64,000 bases of DNA. It comes from Mobula hypostoma (taxonomy: Eukaryota). The position numbers and the translations under genes were made by a program. The stretch spans positions 124,001 through 188,000 of the forward strand of contig NW_026948141.1 of NCBI RefSeq assembly GCF_963921235.1, written 5' to 3'. How positions within the stretch are numbered: the stretch's first letter is position 1; every line of letters starts with the position of its first letter. Under the pieces are notes generated by a model. It worked only from the letters and a program-made list of their open reading frames with translations. It was not told the DNA's origin and made no database searches. Shown here piece after piece: positions 63,341-64,000 of the stretch.

Positions 63341-63372
63341 CCTTCTAAAACAATTGTTTTGAATGCACACAG

Positions 63373-63555
63373 ATGCTGTTGTTGGCCCAGGAAGATCAGC
63401 TTCTCGGCAGCATCAAGCCTGTTCATCTACGAGGCGGTCAAGCTGCCAGAGACCCTACAGTGCTGGGAGGGTCGCCACACTCTTACCCATTGGCACCTAC
63501 AGGACAGGAGCTGTTGACAACTGGCTTCAAGATGGTGCCAGTGACCTAACACACG
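63373..63555 (+). CDS. LRRC56: LRRC56-like exon, 183 bp, phase 1/1
   Basis: cacAG acceptor at 63371-63372; donor CACG|GTACTG at 63556. Reads (D)AVVGPGRSASRQ...NWLQDGASDLTH(G); the end resembles the LRRC56 'S.LTHG' motif. Phases fit both neighbours. The acceptor is weak, so the start is less certain than the end. Confidence 0.75.
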
Positions 63556-63639
63556 GTACTGCTTTCCAGTTCATTCGGTATTTCACCACTTCTGAAGTAC
63601 TTGTGATGTAACCTTCCTGTGCAGTGATATGTCATGTTT

Positions 63640-63900
63640 TCAACTCAAGTTCGACCTCAGGTTATTGATATTCAGCCGTACATGTGTTTACCCTAAATGA
63701 AACAACATTCTTCCGGACCAGGGTGCACAACACACGACATATAACTCACACACATAACACATAAAGTGATATTACCACAAATAATAAAGTGCATTTATCA
63801 TACAAGTTAAAAAATAAACAGTATAATGCTACTGCCACTTCATACGTGATGAGACCTGGGTGGTGGCAGGGAGTTCAGTAGTCTTTGTGGCCTGGGGGAA
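63640..63900 (-). mobile_element. Rex1/Babar 3' UTR fragment in intron 63556-63926
   Basis: Matches the 3' UTR subfamily at 42815-43080 and 27195-27500. Confidence 0.6.
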
Positions 63901-63926
63901 TAGTGATGTCTCATTTCTGTACCCAG

Positions 63927-63991
63927 GTACGGGAAGCATCTTCTGTGGAAATCCTGTCACAGCTCTCCGTGCAAGAAAGAAGAAACAAGCT
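63927..63991 (+). CDS. LRRC56: LRRC56-like exon, 65 bp, phase 1/0; absent from the ORF track
   Basis: Acceptor tttctgtacccAG (63925-63926); donor GCT|GTAAGG at 63992. Reads (G)TGSIFCGNPVTALRARKKKQA, resembling the LRRC56 'G.G...CGNP...LR.R' motif. Confidence 0.85.
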
Positions 63992-64000
63992 GTAAGGTTT

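Noticed and set aside
1..64000. CRISPR array, rRNA or prokaryotic operon
   Set aside because: No regularly spaced repeat-spacer array, rRNA signature or dense gene structure; the sequence is a vertebrate intron.

Overview
This is eukaryotic genomic DNA from a vertebrate, most likely a cartilaginous fish such as a ray. That assignment is inferred only from the repeat mix: CR1/HER1-type LINEs, V-domain SINEs, Rex1/Babar LINEs, Penelope-like elements and Deu-domain SINE relics. The only host protein-coding content I can support is four consecutive + strand exons of an LRRC56-like gene (278-475, 62502-62679, 63373-63555, 63927-63991). They splice in frame with canonical GT-AG sites and phases 0/0/1/1/0. 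The first two exons are separated by one 62,026-bp intron (476-62501) filled with nested, mostly decayed transposable elements. These include a full-length CR1 with ORF1, many truncated CR1 and Rex1 copies, two Tc1 remnants, solo LTRs, V-SINEs, RTE-type and Rex1-tailed non-autonomous elements, a hAT MITE and a tRNA-Ala pseudogene. Almost all ORFs in the supplied track are TE fragments or noise. The most interesting signals are: (i) a Penelope-like repeat family carrying a minimal hammerhead-ribozyme motif, including a TSD-flanked fold-back copy with ~210-bp inverted arms; (ii) a candidate recursive-splicing site at 40334/40335; and (iii) a sense-oriented solo LTR 3.3 kb upstream of the second exon. 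TE boundaries are approximate unless a target-site duplication (TSD) is quoted. I found no prokaryotic-type system (CRISPR, operon) and nothing I can claim is a wholly new system.
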